From contig CM082578.2 of the NCBI GenBank assembly GCA_040954595.2, forward strand, positions 13,918,304 through 13,982,303: 64,000 nucleotides of DNA, given 5' to 3'. Below, piece after piece: positions 1-13,336 of this stretch. Numbering within the stretch: position 1 is the stretch's first letter; the number at the start of each line of letters is the position of its first letter. Made by a program: the position numbers and the translations under genes. The notes below the pieces were generated by a model. The model did no database searches. It was given only the letters and a program-made list of their open reading frames with translations, and was not told where the DNA came from. This DNA comes from Balanoglossus misakiensis (taxonomy: Eukaryota; Animalia; Hemichordata).

Positions 1-2710
1 TAACAATTGCGTGTTAGTTCTTACAGTTTTACAGGCAATAGTCTAGAAATATGCATCACACCACCATTCCAATTCGGGAATCCATTCACAGCAGAAATTT
101 CTTAACAACTACGTCATTCCTTTATGTATGACCCAATCCCATTCTACACAATTTACATGTATGACGATCGTGACAAAGCTTGTGGATATGCTCGAAATCG
201 TGGATGACGTCAGTCTCCTGAATGACAGTAGAGAGTCTTGTACATGCTATGAACAATTGTACCATGTAGTGCCAGGGGGGGAAGGGGGAAATGTGAACAT
301 AAAGGTCACAATGTCACATTCTTATTTTGGACATATCCATATCAGATGGAATATTTGTCTACGGGCATAATGATTTACAGTTTTTGCGAAAACAATATCT
401 CCTCACATCTTTCACTTTAGTCATAATTTCTCGTGGGATTCTACATTTATAGAGGTGCATGTGGACTCATGTCAAGTGTATCTGAGTGCCGAGTTGGAAT
501 CTCTTAAAACACATTCAACGGATGACTTTATTCCTAAAGCTGGTGGCCTTTATAACACGACATCTTCTCACAGTGGTGAATATCAAAACAGTATTATTTC
601 CACAAAGATGTGGCATCTTCTACCATGTGATAAAAACATTCAACACCAGTAGACTGTAACTAATCAAAATCAAACTCACATACATACAATTTATGTAATA
701 TCTTATTTAAATATCAGACCGAAGTTATTGACATTCATTGACCAATAGTAGTGAAGATCAAATCATTTCCATTGCATAATAATCAAAGTTTTACATCCCA
801 CAAACTCTGCCTCCACTCTTCAAAGCAATCTTTTTAACGAGCAACTTGAAGACAACAACATTAAATGACAATAAATCACGTTGAAGATATGTATCATACG
901 GCAGGTATGTACACAATGGTAGTGTTAATATTTACGCATACTTTGCAGTTAATTAGCTCTATATCAAGACTGAAGCAAAATCAGTTTTATCTAAGCGGAC
1001 ATCATGTCTCCGTTGCCACGTTTTGCGATGAATTATAAATTAGCAGTAGACATGCGCTGTTGCCATGCATACTCGTCTCCATTGATTTTTCGCGAGCAGA
1101 CAAAAATCCGAAGTGAATGAGGTTAGGCGTCGGATTCCTAAATTCGCAGATCAATCAAAACTATCACAGAATTGTAGCAGATGTATGAAAACTTAGACAA
1201 GCTTTGTTCAACGTAGTCCAGCGTACGGCTTTGTGAAGTCTGAAGTGATGCTCTTTGCCCGTTCCACGGTTAAACCAAACATTTAATCCAATTTTCATAG
1301 TTTACATTAAATACTTAAACGCTAGTCATGCCTTGCCTATATGTTCTCCTCCAAGGCTTGGGGCAATTATCCAGCTCTCATAACGATTAATAGCCTTCCC
1401 ATGAGTCCGCTGTTATGGAAATGCTGTAATACATATCAAGATTTATCCTCGTGGCTTTCCGGATATCGGCTCAGTGCGCTGTCTACTGCCGACTCTATCA
1501 GCGGAGGTTTCTGTTCACTCGCTGCTAGTGCGGAAGGTAAGCCAGGCATGACATTATACTGTATTTTCTATTTCTGTGCCGAGAACCATATTTGATAATT
1601 ATTACATTTCATAACAATATGATATCGACTGAGTTTGCTCAAAGGTGCCCTTGAGTATGGACAAAGTTATTACGGCAATGCATGCTACACGCGGCTTTAA
1701 TTATTTGTAACTCTTATACGATTGAAAGGACACCGCGAATGATAGTGTGTCAATTGTGCGCCTTCGCCTCCTGTTCCAACTGTTTCGAGAGCATTGGTCT
1801 GATTTGAAACTCGACGGCTATGTTGAAGCCATTTTTAGACATCGGTAGACACAGACGCAAATGAAACCTTGTCAAAATCTCAGACCTGCCGTTCCCAAAG
1901 GCCGGTTGTCGTCTAATTTTCCTAACCATGCTAACCGGCGATTTCCTAAGTGAGATAAAGAAACCTACTAATTCTTTTCAACTACTACATCCCACGTTGT
2001 CAGTGATTATGAAACGTGTCTACTCTTTGTAACAATCACACAGAAATGGGCTTCTGTTAACCTTTGGCATAACATTCGCCTTTTCATACTGCAACTGCCA
2101 TTTAAAATAAATGGCCTAACACCTCTAATGGATAAAATTGTATCGTTAGAGATATCAAAAATAAATATAAGATTAAAGAAAAGCTAATATGTATTTATGG
2201 TGAATACCATATTTAGTATTGTTGATACATATACCACACGATCCCCAACACTCTACCGTAACAGCCTGAGTCACAATATGTACGGCGCCAATTTTTTTGT
2301 TATAGGGAAACAGCGACATGACCATACGGTGTGTTTCTAGCAGACTTAAGTGTCGAGTTTGAAACACTGCACAGAACCAACCGTGACATATGCTATTCAT
2401 ATTGATAATGCATGTAGCGGCGAGCCACGTATAAATTACTTTTGTGCAATCTTTAAGATAAGGTCAACGATACAACGTTGTATAAACTGTTTCCTTTTAA
2501 ATCTGTGTTGAAAGACGCATTCGGTTAACACGTCAGGGGCAACTCTATCTTTTTTTCCGGGGAAACGAGGCGGAGACTGTGCGCACCAAACGATGAATTT
2601 GCGTGCTATTTCTCACGTTTTAAGGGTTTAATGTATGAGCGACGGCTTTAAGGGAAGGCAACAATGGAGTCAATGTACTGTTTGTGAAAAAAGTGTGTGA
2701 TTCAATTTAA

Positions 2711-2746
2711 CACACGCACCCCCCCCCCACAGACACACACACATAG

Positions 2747-2795
<49 letters not shown>
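2711..2795. repeat. Compound microsatellite: CA-rich / poly-C / (TACA)n
   Basis: Read directly: cacacgcacccccccccccacagacacacacaca followed by about 11 TACA units (2748-2792). Confidence 0.95.
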
Positions 2796-2797
<2 letters not shown>

Positions 2798-3366
2798 ACA
2801 TCATACAATTGTACATAGTAATTACATCTGTGTAGATAAGTATTGATCAGACAATAACTACTTATTCTTGTCAAGTTCGTCAAGAATCACAGACTTGGGA
2901 AGAGTATCAAAGGTATTTGATCAGATACACAAAGAAACAAAACAAGAAGCCTTATAACGCGACTCGAATAACACCAACGTGATACGAAGAAGGGCAACGT
3001 GCGTCATCTATGTCGGTGATGAATAGGACGGTTGGAAAACATATATGTATTACATATAGTCGAATTTCCAAACATGGTTTTTGATCAGAATGTAACCCTT
3101 TGGACCTGTACTAACATTTTGCTTTCCTCTGTAATTTATTCGAGTCACAATAGATAATGGTACAAAGAGCAAATGCCAATATGTGAATGATATTGATATT
3201 TTATGTATACGTAGATGTTTTGACGGTCGCCAAGTCGATTACTCAACTGACGACATATCTGTACCGAAAATGTAGAATGTTTACATGTATACAATTTTCT
3301 TTCTAGTAGTTCATCTCTATATTTCGATTTTCTATGAAAGGGGCAAAGTGAGAGACTTTCTCCCTT

Positions 3367-3410
3367 TAGGATAGTACATGCCTCGGAGACAGATTTTCAG
3401 AAAAATGGTA
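3367..3410 (+). mobile_element. Fragment of a decayed interspersed repeat (probably the end of a non-autonomous DNA transposon)
   Basis: 3379-3404 tgcctcggagacagattttcagaaaa matches the reverse complement of 18175-18200 at 24/26 positions. Element boundaries are unclear. Confidence 0.45.
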
Positions 3411-5727
3411 GTCCTTCTCTATAAATATAAATTACTATAATTATGGTGCCTGGGGACTTTTTTGAACTCAAATTAAAGAAACATGATGTTCACCGTTATA
3501 TGTTCTACTACTTTAATTTCGAATTTCAAATATGAGGCAATTTTGCTCTCTTATTCAAAATTGTGCACATGAGTGAACCCCTATTCTTATTCTAAGATAC
3601 CTCGAGCAAAATATGAGAATAGGTTTTAAATCCTCGATTTTTGAGACACATGCTATGTTCCATGCATGGTAAGAAGCATTCAGAAACAACGTCAACATAT
3701 AATTATATAAAGAAGTAAGATAGCAAGTCGATGTCATAAACTGTCTTTGGAGAATTTTCCAGTCCGGTCGATCTTAATCTTTAATGATAAATCTTTACAA
3801 GGAGACAACCACCTTCTTCAGAAGAAAATATTGCCACTGTCCCTGACTTTGTTTTGTTCAAGTGAGAGACGCCTGTGTTTAAAGGAACCAAATCAGTTGT
3901 AAATAAAAACCTTCTATATTGCCATGACACAGTTACGATACATGTTATAGAATGAAATCTCATAATTTATCACTCAAACTTCCGGTTATCATGTTGGTAT
4001 CTTTCCTTCGCCAACAGAATCTTTACAACAGGCATGTGTGTTATAAAAAGACAGAAATGTCTGAACACTAACACCCCAGACAATTACAAGGAAAATGTTT
4101 AATCATTGCCATAACATTATCTCCATCTTAATAAGATATTCATGTACGTGCATGTTGTGTAAAATACTGCAAACATTTTTAAGATTGGCTATTTAATGAT
4201 GCAATTTCAAACGTCGATGCAAAATATCATAATTATTGAAGTGCAATTTCGTTGATTAAATAAGTGACGCATGGTGAACTATATGAGTGTGGTTCCTGAT
4301 GTATTACATAAGAATACCTTGGGATGTTACCAACTTATTTTAGAAAGAAATATTATTAATTAACCCTTGCAACTTGGTTATGTGAGGGCGCTAATGAACA
4401 ACGTATGACACTTGACCCGCCGCGTGCATGCGCACCTGAGACCATTTTAAAGTCTGCCACGGGACTTACTTTTTCAGTAGCTGTAACATGGGGGTGTGCA
4501 TACTTAAATTTAATGAGTGATTTATCAGATGATAATTAGAAGCGTTGTGAAATATAAAAAATTACTATTGCATCACGTAATCTTGTTATCGTCACAAAGA
4601 ATGTGCACGCACCACATTTGAAAATTTCAAATTTAAATTGTTGTTATAAATGAAATAAATATATCTTAGCACATCTAACCCATTTGTTAGTATATGCCGC
4701 CATTGGGATTCCTTCTTGCTGAAGCGTAAACACACGATGTTTCACACCTGGAGACACGGTGACACTGTCGTGAAGGCAACAAGCAGTAAACTACTTTATA
4801 GTTTAGATGGTGGAGAACTACTAAAGAAGCGATCAATTTGTTCTGAAAGTTTAACGCTGACGGATTCGACAAAGTGATTATTTTATGCCCGACTCGGAGT
4901 GCGGCGCTTAACAGATGGAGATTACCGCAACAAGATTTATAGGCGGGAAAGGTGCTGCTTCAATTTGAAATATAGTCTAGATTGGTGGTGGTAAATTTGT
5001 TACCATAGAAACACAACAGGAAAGTTAATTGCTAAAATATATGTGTCAAAGAAACGAGTTTTGGCCAAAATAATTTTGATGGTGATTAAGCACTCTTGCT
5101 ACTATGAAAAATCTTCAATGTTTTAATGGAATTAGTACTGGTTTCCTTGGAGATAAACGACAAGTATTTATTGATTACTTATATAGTCAAAATATATTCC
5201 TGAGTAGGTTAAATTTTATTTATGTACTTTAATATATTGTTACAATTGATAATCCTAGATATTCTATGCTATGAGTATAATAGTTGCAGAAATAGCACAA
5301 GCATGGTTGGTTAAATTGCAATTTACTCATATCTCAGAACTAAAACCATAGGCTGTTAAAATAAAACGGCGGTTGTCAGAGTTAAACAGTCTAAATCACA
5401 CAATAAAATGAAGATGGCCTCAGTTTAGTGAGAAGGAATAATTTTGATGTTATCAATAAAAATATTATCTTAGCTTAATGATCAACATAAATATCAGGAA
5501 TAGCTCTTGTGTTATTAATAATGAGTTTGAAAGATCTAAAGTGTTTGATAATCGCAACTACATGTACAGTGTACCTCCCAGGGTGGGTGTGTGCGACTCG
5601 CCACATCGTAACACCATCATCCGCATTGTATGCAGACATTTTATATCCAAAGACCCATATCCCCAGCTTTCCAATTACACATTGCCAAGGCGTTACAAGG
5701 CGCCTATGCTAGGTACACTATCAAAAC

Positions 5728-5790
5728 ACACGCCCACTAATGTGCATGTGCGTGACGCATTGCCGCCCGCCAATGACGCCATTCATAATA
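5728..5790 (+). promoter_or_regulatory. Candidate proximal promoter of GPCR gene 1
   Basis: Dense motif cluster: CACACGCCCA (KLF/Sp-like, ~5728), TGACGCA (CRE-like, 5753-5759), CCGCCC GC box (5763-5768), CCAAT (5770-5774) and TGACG (5774-5778). It lies ~300 bp upstream of a consensus splice donor. Motif inference only. Confidence 0.3.
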
Positions 5791-6076
5791 CCCAAACTGT
5801 GCAACCTATTTTGTATGGAATGATTAACATAACTTACTGTAGTCTGGTTACTTCGCTCTGCCAGTAAGCAGGTTTGTGGATAACGCATCGGTGAAACAAT
5901 CTCTTATTTGCGTAAGAGAAGTAGTTACATTGGGTTAGGGGTGCTTCAATTCAAACAATGTAGTCGCGATGAGCTGCACCACTTTCTCAACATGAATGCT
6001 ATCGATTTTGGTGATTATTTCGATGAAGGTCAAACCTCTCGCCATAGCCAAGGTTAGTTATAATTGCCACGAAAAG

Positions 6077-7538
6077 GTAAGTCGGTCGGATATATGGTTT
6101 CATTGGATTTCGCGCATGTGTGCACATGAATTGTGGGCATAGCTAGGCTCATGATAGACAAAGTGACACTTGTGTAAAAGTCTCACTTTCCTTACCTGAG
6201 CAACTGTATGAAGATGAATGACAGGGTAAAGAAGTTGATATATGTCTCATGAGAAATAATTTATAATGCAGATAATAAATTAAAATGTCGAGTGATCAGT
6301 ATACTTGAAGGTCATCTTCAAATAATCCATCCAAGGTCTAGTGTAAAAACTTAATACTGTATGGTGATTATCTCACTGATAAAGACCAGAATTTAGGCCA
6401 CATGATCGAGATTTTAACTTTCTAACATAGCATGTAAGCGACAGAGAAGTTATGAAATCTCTTCTCCCGCAGTAACATGGCAGCTAGATTTACTGCCGTC
6501 TGTGGTCGCGACGAGATCAAAAAGCGGCCGTTCTCTGCCGATAACAAAGCTCCTTAAATACCCCCCATTGGACTCCTAAAACGCGAAGCGTCGTTGCGAA
6601 CCATAAAACAGATTAAAACCACCAGAACATACCATTTCGGTTATTTACTTCCAAGAACAGTAAGCCAACAGAGTGATATTCTAAACTCGTTAAATTTGAC
6701 TTAATCGTGGTTGTCACAGACTCGAGGACAAATAGGAAACTTCTTTACGTCAATGAAAACTGGTTTGCTGACATATTCAGTTGAAAAGAGCGACTTCCTG
6801 TGACAATAGTCATACCCTCAGCTCCTTTTCTTCATGTTACACTTGCTTTTTGCGTTGCGAATACCTCTTAGAAACTCTCTTAGCAGACACGGACAGGATA
6901 ATGGTAAAAACCCATTCCAACAGAGTTATTCTTATCAATCAGGGGAACCTTTTAACTTCACTTTAAAAGGAAATTGAATTCCTCATAAAAACATTCGTTC
7001 ATTTCGTCGGTTGATCTTACACTGGCGCTGTGTCGCCACTATGCAGCTGTCAATGTACGGTCCAATGCAAAATCTCTCCCTTCCCTCTATAAATATTAAT
7101 TTACTTTTGAAAAGCAATCTGTCTGCGGTGAATGGGAAGTAACCATATTACACGAGTGAGGAATGACACCGTATATGAAAGGTTGGCCATCATTACTGCA
7201 CGTGGTAAAAAACGTAAGTGGCCGTGTAAATGGAGATGGGCACGCTTAGTTGCATCAAGATTCCTCATTGCGAGGACAGAATACTTTTTTCTCTCTCAAA
7301 GAATTCGCCATTTACTAGTAAGGAGATGAACCGGGAATTCCGTTGAGTCAGCGGGGAGCAGCGGTCCTTCCTGATGTTTAAAAGTTTCCCAAGTACACTT
7401 TACCTTCCATTAAGGAGGTCGTCTTACACATGATGTAATCCACCCATGAAGTAATGCTCACTTTAGTGGTTGGCTAATAGGATTTGGAAATGTGGGCTTC
7501 CGTATATTTAACTCTTGTGTGCTATGCTTGTGTTACAG
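6077..7538 (+). other. Putative 5'UTR intron of GPCR gene 1
   Basis: Consensus donor AAG|GTAAGT at 6077 and acceptor ...gctatgcttgtgttacAG| ending at 7538, 38 nt before the ATG. A 5'UTR intron ahead of a single coding exon is common in class A GPCR genes. Pairing of these two sites is inferred. Confidence 0.4.
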
Positions 7539-7566
7539 ATTTGACACGACCGCGCGTTCCCTGACA

Positions 7567-7584
7567 ATGACTGAAGATGGATAA
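7567..7584 (+). other. Out-of-frame upstream ORF (MTEDG*) overlapping the GPCR1 start codon
   Basis: acaATG ACT GAA GAT GGA TAA; it has A at -3 and spans the main ATG at 7577. Confidence 0.5.
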
Positions 7585-8776
7585 CATCAGTATGTATTAT
7601 TCACCGGTGCTTGCAACACCAGCGACTTACTCTCACGCGGCAATGGTTAATTCCAGTGTTTCGCCGATTACAAGTGGTGTTTTAAATGTTTCTGTCAATG
7701 AAACAGGATACTACGGCGACCAGTTCTTTCACCGTCTTCAAATGACGCTCAGAGTACCCATGACCATAATCTGGCTGTCGATTTTGTTCGTTGGATTACT
7801 TGGAAACGTGGCGTTCATGTATGTCATCATACGGGTGCGTTGGATGCGGACTGTCACTAACTATTACTTGATGAATCTAAGTTTGGCTGATGTGGCTTTT
7901 CTGGTGGGTAATTTGCCCATCGAGGTGATGGGCCTCTACAGCATGTCGTTTGGAGACCTATCCGTTTGTATTATGTCCACTCTGTTGACTTATCTCAGCC
8001 AATATGTAGGCATGTTCTCCATCACCATACTGAGCATTGAGCGCTTCTACGCCATATGCAGTCCTCTGACGGCCAAGAAACTGAGCAGCAAGTCGCGATC
8101 TCGAAAGTTGATCGTGGTGGCATGGATCGCCGCGTTGCTTTTCTCCTCCGTGTTCTTCGCGTCGTGCATCTTGGCCCAGATGATTCCTGTCACACTCCAA
8201 ATCGTGCTGATGGTCATACAAACCTTGCCGCTGGTCGCCTCCATGATCATCGTGTTAGTTTTGTACCTGTTCATTGGTAAGCAGATCGCGCACAGCACAC
8301 AGCGGGATGCGGTAACCTCGTCTAAGGGATCTCGACAGCGCAAAGAGAGAAAACAAGTGATCAATCTTTTAATTATCACCGCGGTCATTTTCTTCCTGAG
8401 TGTCTGCCCTTATCAGGGCTTTCTTGTCTATTACAATTGCGCTAACATTGGCTTTGTGCCTGCCTTCCACCAGGACCCGGTTACCGCGGTGAAGAGAATA
8501 TACATCATGAATGTCTTCTTCGTGACATTGCTTTATGTGAACTCTGCCATCAACCCTATCATATATAACGTCACCAGTTCCAAGTACAGACAGGCCTTCA
8601 AGGAGGCCTTCCCATGGCTGTGTTGGAAGGGGAAGCCGCATGTTCACCATGAGAGAATGTTCTCCGAGCGCTGTTCAGAAGGCAACGGCACACACACGTA
8701 CACCATGCGGCAGAATGTATCAAGTCCCTACAGGCATTACCCGGTGTCCACTCTCACCATTCCAACCACTGTGTGA
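7577..8776 (+). CDS. Class A (rhodopsin-like) GPCR, 399 aa, orphan peptide-receptor-like (TRH/ghrelin/neuromedin-U receptor-like grade); single coding exon
   Basis: Seven hydrophobic segments with TM1 GLLGN, ICL1 MRTVTNYYLMNLSLAD, TM3 Cys and SIERFYAICSP, TM4 Trp, TM5 Pro and Tyr, TM6 FFLSVCP, TM7 NSAINPIIYN and helix 8 SSKYRQAFKEAF. The N-terminus has N-glycosylation sequons (NIS, NSS, NVS, NET). Start context aagATGG is strong and GC content is higher than in the flanks. Confidence 0.96.
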   Translation: MDNISMYYSPVLATPATYSHAAMVNSSVSPITSGVLNVSVNETGYYGDQFFHRLQMTLRVPMTIIWLSILFVGLLGNVAFMYVIIRVRWMRTVTNYYLMNLSLADVAFLVGNLPIEVMGLYSMSFGDLSVCIMSTLLTYLSQYVGMFSITILSIERFYAICSPLTAKKLSSKSRSRKLIVVAWIAALLFSSVFFASCILAQMIPVTLQIVLMVIQTLPLVASMIIVLVLYLFIGKQIAHSTQRDAVTSSKGSRQRKERKQVINLLIITAVIFFLSVCPYQGFLVYYNCANIGFVPAFHQDPVTAVKRIYIMNVFFVTLLYVNSAINPIIYNVTSSKYRQAFKEAFPWLCWKGKPHVHHERMFSERCSEGNGTHTYTMRQNVSSPYRHYPVSTLTIPTTV

Positions 8777-11700
8777 AAATTCAAGCGTTTTACGAGAAGG
8801 ACAAAGCACCTGAAAAAACCTATGCCTTCAAGTGTTCTTTCAAGCCTAAGAAAAGCAGAAAACCACTGTCTGGACAAGGCAAACGTTTAATTTGATCTGT
8901 CACAGAATCAGACTGCATTTAGACTTGTGTTTATACTGAAATGTGTTCAAAGTAATTTGTTTGGAAACGCGTGGCGCCTGGCCGGAAGATGTTTAATAGG
9001 ACGAGATCTGAGGTATCACAAAAGTTGTGAAGGGTTGCCAGAGAACATTTCCCATGGTGCAATATGGCTGTGAACAATAAACTGAACAAATGACACAGTT
9101 TCCGTTTGAAGCGCCCACAAGGGAAATGTTATTATTTCAACCGAACATGAAGATGTCCACAAACTCCCTCGTGACAGAAATAACTCATATATCACACGAA
9201 AAAGATGCCTTTTGATCGTAAAATGCATTCCAATGTATACACTGTTCAAAATTTTAAAATGCTAACAGAATACTTTGGGGATTTTAAAAGTTAATGCATT
9301 GAAATATGCCAAGTGTATTGTAGATAGATCGACATAATTATGTAGGCGAAGCTACTCCTTCAAAGTTTTTGCTGTATGTTACAGTTATTTATCATTAATA
9401 GAATATTCCAAACCTTGTGAGTTTGACAGCTTGTGGTAAAAAAAAAACGCTGGAAGAAACGCAAACCATTAGAAAGCTTCAGATCGATCGTTGAAGTCAC
9501 AATTCATTAAGGCACCAAAAATAATTCTGTGTGAGTATATGGATCCACATATCATTAAACAGTATCATTTTAAGGATTTGTAATGGCCAGTAGCTTTCTA
9601 ATTTGTAGTGTCATCCGCCATTGACTTTGCTGCACGACACCCTATATAGTGTGTGAATCAAGCTTTTTCTGTAAGAATTTTCACAATAATCAGCGCTTTC
9701 CTTATTTAAAACACCCTTGATAGAAATTTAAACCAACTTTCCACACCTGCTCATTTATCATGGGTTTCCATTATTCAAAATTAACTACAAAAATAAAAAG
9801 ATTTAATCGCAAAAGTTCATAAGTGAGCAAAATCCTAAATAAATGCGCGGGCGTTTTTCGGTTATTGTGTCAAGAGTCATCCCTCATCAGAATTTGTTAG
9901 AACATGTACATTTTCACAATAATAGCAACAGTGGCAGCTGCAATCACGCACGAATTGGCCAAGACATTCTCAGCAAACACACATACGCCATCGTTAATTT
10001 ATCATGATAATGGGCCTAGGCCCGGCCTTTTTGTAATACACTGAGTTTTTAGTTGTTTTTTTAAGGAAGTTTCTTGTGATGATGGTTACGTTTAAATATC
10101 AGACACTTAGTTGTATTTATTAAATAACAAAATTGTTTTGTGAGCTTTGCCTTTAGATAACCGTGTCAGTGAAATAGACAGCATAGGTCAACACCCATGA
10201 TTATTTTGAAGAACATCAATATTTTACTCCAGCGTTGTAAATTATGCTCGCAGGTGAACAGAGAAATTCTCTCATTATGATATCACCACACTGACATCTC
10301 TTCAGTTCCCGGTTGCCACAAATACTCTGGAGTATGATCAACCAACGATAATGCATTCGATAGCCAGTGGTGGTAGATGGGAAAATCTTTCTGCCATGAC
10401 ACGTGTCTCCATTCGAATGCAATTATGCTTCATTAGCGTGATTGAACGTCAGGAGGAATAGCCGCCGCAAATCTGCATTTCATGTAAATCACACAATCAG
10501 GATTTCTAGATGTTGGATAGAAACGCACTTTAAACTGCACAATACTGCTTCAAGACATCTTTTATATATACAAATGTCGTTGCCGCTTTCATTGCGTTGA
10601 ATTTGTCATATTGTTATTTTGCATAACCAACTTCGGTCATAATTGGCTATTTTAAAAAAAATATGGTTTAAATATCATTCTAATTTGTATTTACTCTATA
10701 ATTAAATAGTCACTCGTTATTATAGCAGTGGCATGTGTTTCGCAAACATCACCATATATTTCTCATCACGCCATTCGCCATTTCCAGCGATATAAGGCAG
10801 AAATGTACCATATATCTGTTTTGATATACATTAATATATAGGTTTACACGTAAACAATTGCCTTTTATTTATTAAAACCACTAATGAGAACAACTTAAAT
10901 AAATTAAAAGGGTTGGATACTTTTGTGGAGAAATTTCTCTTCACATGATTTTTCGCGTTATTTAAATGTATACAGTGGCTGCATTGTTTATTTATGGGGA
11001 ACTGTTATCGATCAATTTCCTTGTTATTGCATATAAGACGTTGATATCAAGGAAGTCACACGTAATTCTACGTGATTGTATGCATGACTTTTCTGGGTAT
11101 GGGAACTTGTGGTATGTTGATCTCCATCGCCATTCTAGTCAGGGAATCGTCAAATTGATCCAAGTAACGATTGTTTTACCCTAGTAATTGCCAATCGCGC
11201 TGTTCACACATGCCTTTATTTGCCAGCTTTTAAGAGTGGTGACACAGTTTCATGCGGAGTGTCTCTCAAGCGCAAACATCCATAGTTGGCAATAACAGTA
11301 CAATATCGATCGAGGTACATTAAAGTGCACCCTTTTTGGTAGATAACTGTCCAGATTCAAATTGGACTTCACGTCCAGTATATTTGTTCTCCTTGTGCAC
11401 ATCAATTACCCGATCGGAACCAGAGGTGGACATAATGCATGAACGATCTTTCGGTGGTTAAAAACAGTAATCAAGTGATCACAAGTGTTTGGATTTCCAA
11501 AAGCACATTTGTGCGAACGTAAACTCGAAATCACAGAAAAAGAAAGACAAAAGTGTCATGTATAGATGCGCCCTTCATTAGAATATCTCAAAAATGAAAG
11601 ATCTTCATCATTTTCATTCAGACGACAATGCCTTTTCTTGTTTCAAACATCAGTTCCTGTAATCTTACCCACCCTTTTCAACACTTTGTTCAGTCTGTAT

Positions 11701-13237
11701 AATGTACGCACCACACTAGACTAAAATGACTGAAATAATGGTTATCCTGTGACTCGGTGTATACATTTTCAATTTCTTTGTTTCTTTTGGTTGCTGAGAA
11801 CCCATCTTAACATGAATAAATATACATTTTATATGATGCATTCTCCGTTTATTTGTTTTCACATGCAAATTCGCCATTACTATTCGGATCATAGCACTAA
11901 GTGTAAATTGGATTAAGTTTAATACAGTCATGCTTGATTATTTTGCCAAGTGCAATTCTAGCAGTAACTGTGTCACACAAACGCAAACTTATTTCCTGGT
12001 ATATTCCGTATATAATTGACGTTTTCCCATAAAGTGCAGTTAACGTGATTTCCAGACGGCAATATTTCTTTGAACATCAAATTTCTCAAGTGTAAATGTC
12101 AATACTGGAAAGATGTTAAAACACAGTTTCATGAACATAATACACAAATGCTGTGTACAATGATGTATATCTATATCTATGAATCAAATCAAGAAGTGAT
12201 TGGCAATGCCATTTTTTTTAAATACTGCCCTGTGAACTTAGTAGAAGTAAAATTCCGTCTGCTAAATGTATAGGTATACCCTTTGACCGCAGTTACGCTT
12301 TGGAATCAAATTTAAGGATTACATAGACGCATGCGCGGTGGATATGTTGCAAGGAAACACGACAGAAGAGATAGAAAGACACCGAACACAACACAAAAAA
12401 ACATTTTCAAATTGAATACAAGAAATTGCCAGATCCATGAAATACCGAATGTTCACGGTTAAACCGCCCTACTTAATAACAGAATGTTTTATGAATCTTT
12501 TTTTAGCTGACATTAAGCTAGCAAATTTAGCATATTTCGTTAACGTTTCGTTCATCTTAATTGAGAAGCATTACAAAATGTCTGATTCGTGAGGAGTTTT
12601 CTGTTCACTTTTTTCAAGGGCCGCCAAACGTTGTCAGCACGACTGTCGGCAACAAGAAACCATTACAGCCGATTTAGCCTTGAGACGAAGCGGATAACTC
12701 TGACTGTAAAATTCTAAAGCTCAATTTTCCCTTCCACTGAGCGGAACTCTGGTCGTAGGCAATACGACACATACAGTAAGTATAGTGAAATGTCAATGTG
12801 CCTCCAACCATTTGAAAGAGAGCTGATGTATACATTCGATTTTAGTCGGCAAAGTAAGGAGACAGCTGTAACAAGATTTTCCAGTACACGTCTTCAATCT
12901 AAAGATCTCTTTTATTTCAATACCATCTAATAAATTGAAAGAAATTCCCTTTTTTCTGACTGTAATATTATTCAAAAGAAAATAAATTGATGGTGAACGA
13001 AATAATTCCGCGAATCTAAAATTAGTCTCTGTAAAATTTGATTTCGAATCCTCTTGATTGTGTTGTGAGTAAAATGAAAAATACGAGGAAATATAAGATG
13101 AACAATGACATTCAGTCTAGAAATCAGTCTTCTTTGTAACGGTACACTACCGAAGTTATGACAGACATAAAATTGCAGTACTTTGTGTGAGTCTTTCACC
13201 AGTAGAGTGTGTGTGTACGTACCTACGTATACATATG

Positions 13238-13336
13238 TACATGTATGTATGTACGGTTTGTATGTATGTATGTATGTATGTATGTATGTATGTACGGTAT
13301 GTATGTATGTATGTATGTATGTATGTATGTATGTAT
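13238..13336. repeat. (TATG)n tetranucleotide microsatellite, interrupted
   Basis: Read directly; about 20 TATG units with tacgg interruptions. It explains the YIHT-repeat ORF 12972..13352. Confidence 0.97.

Noticed and set aside
5478-5867. 129-aa ORF upstream of GPCR1
   Set aside because: No protein-family motifs; it overlaps the putative promoter region and is probably non-coding.
7958-8650. Antisense and alternate-frame ORFs over GPCR1
   Set aside because: Shadows of the GC-richer real CDS with no recognisable motifs.
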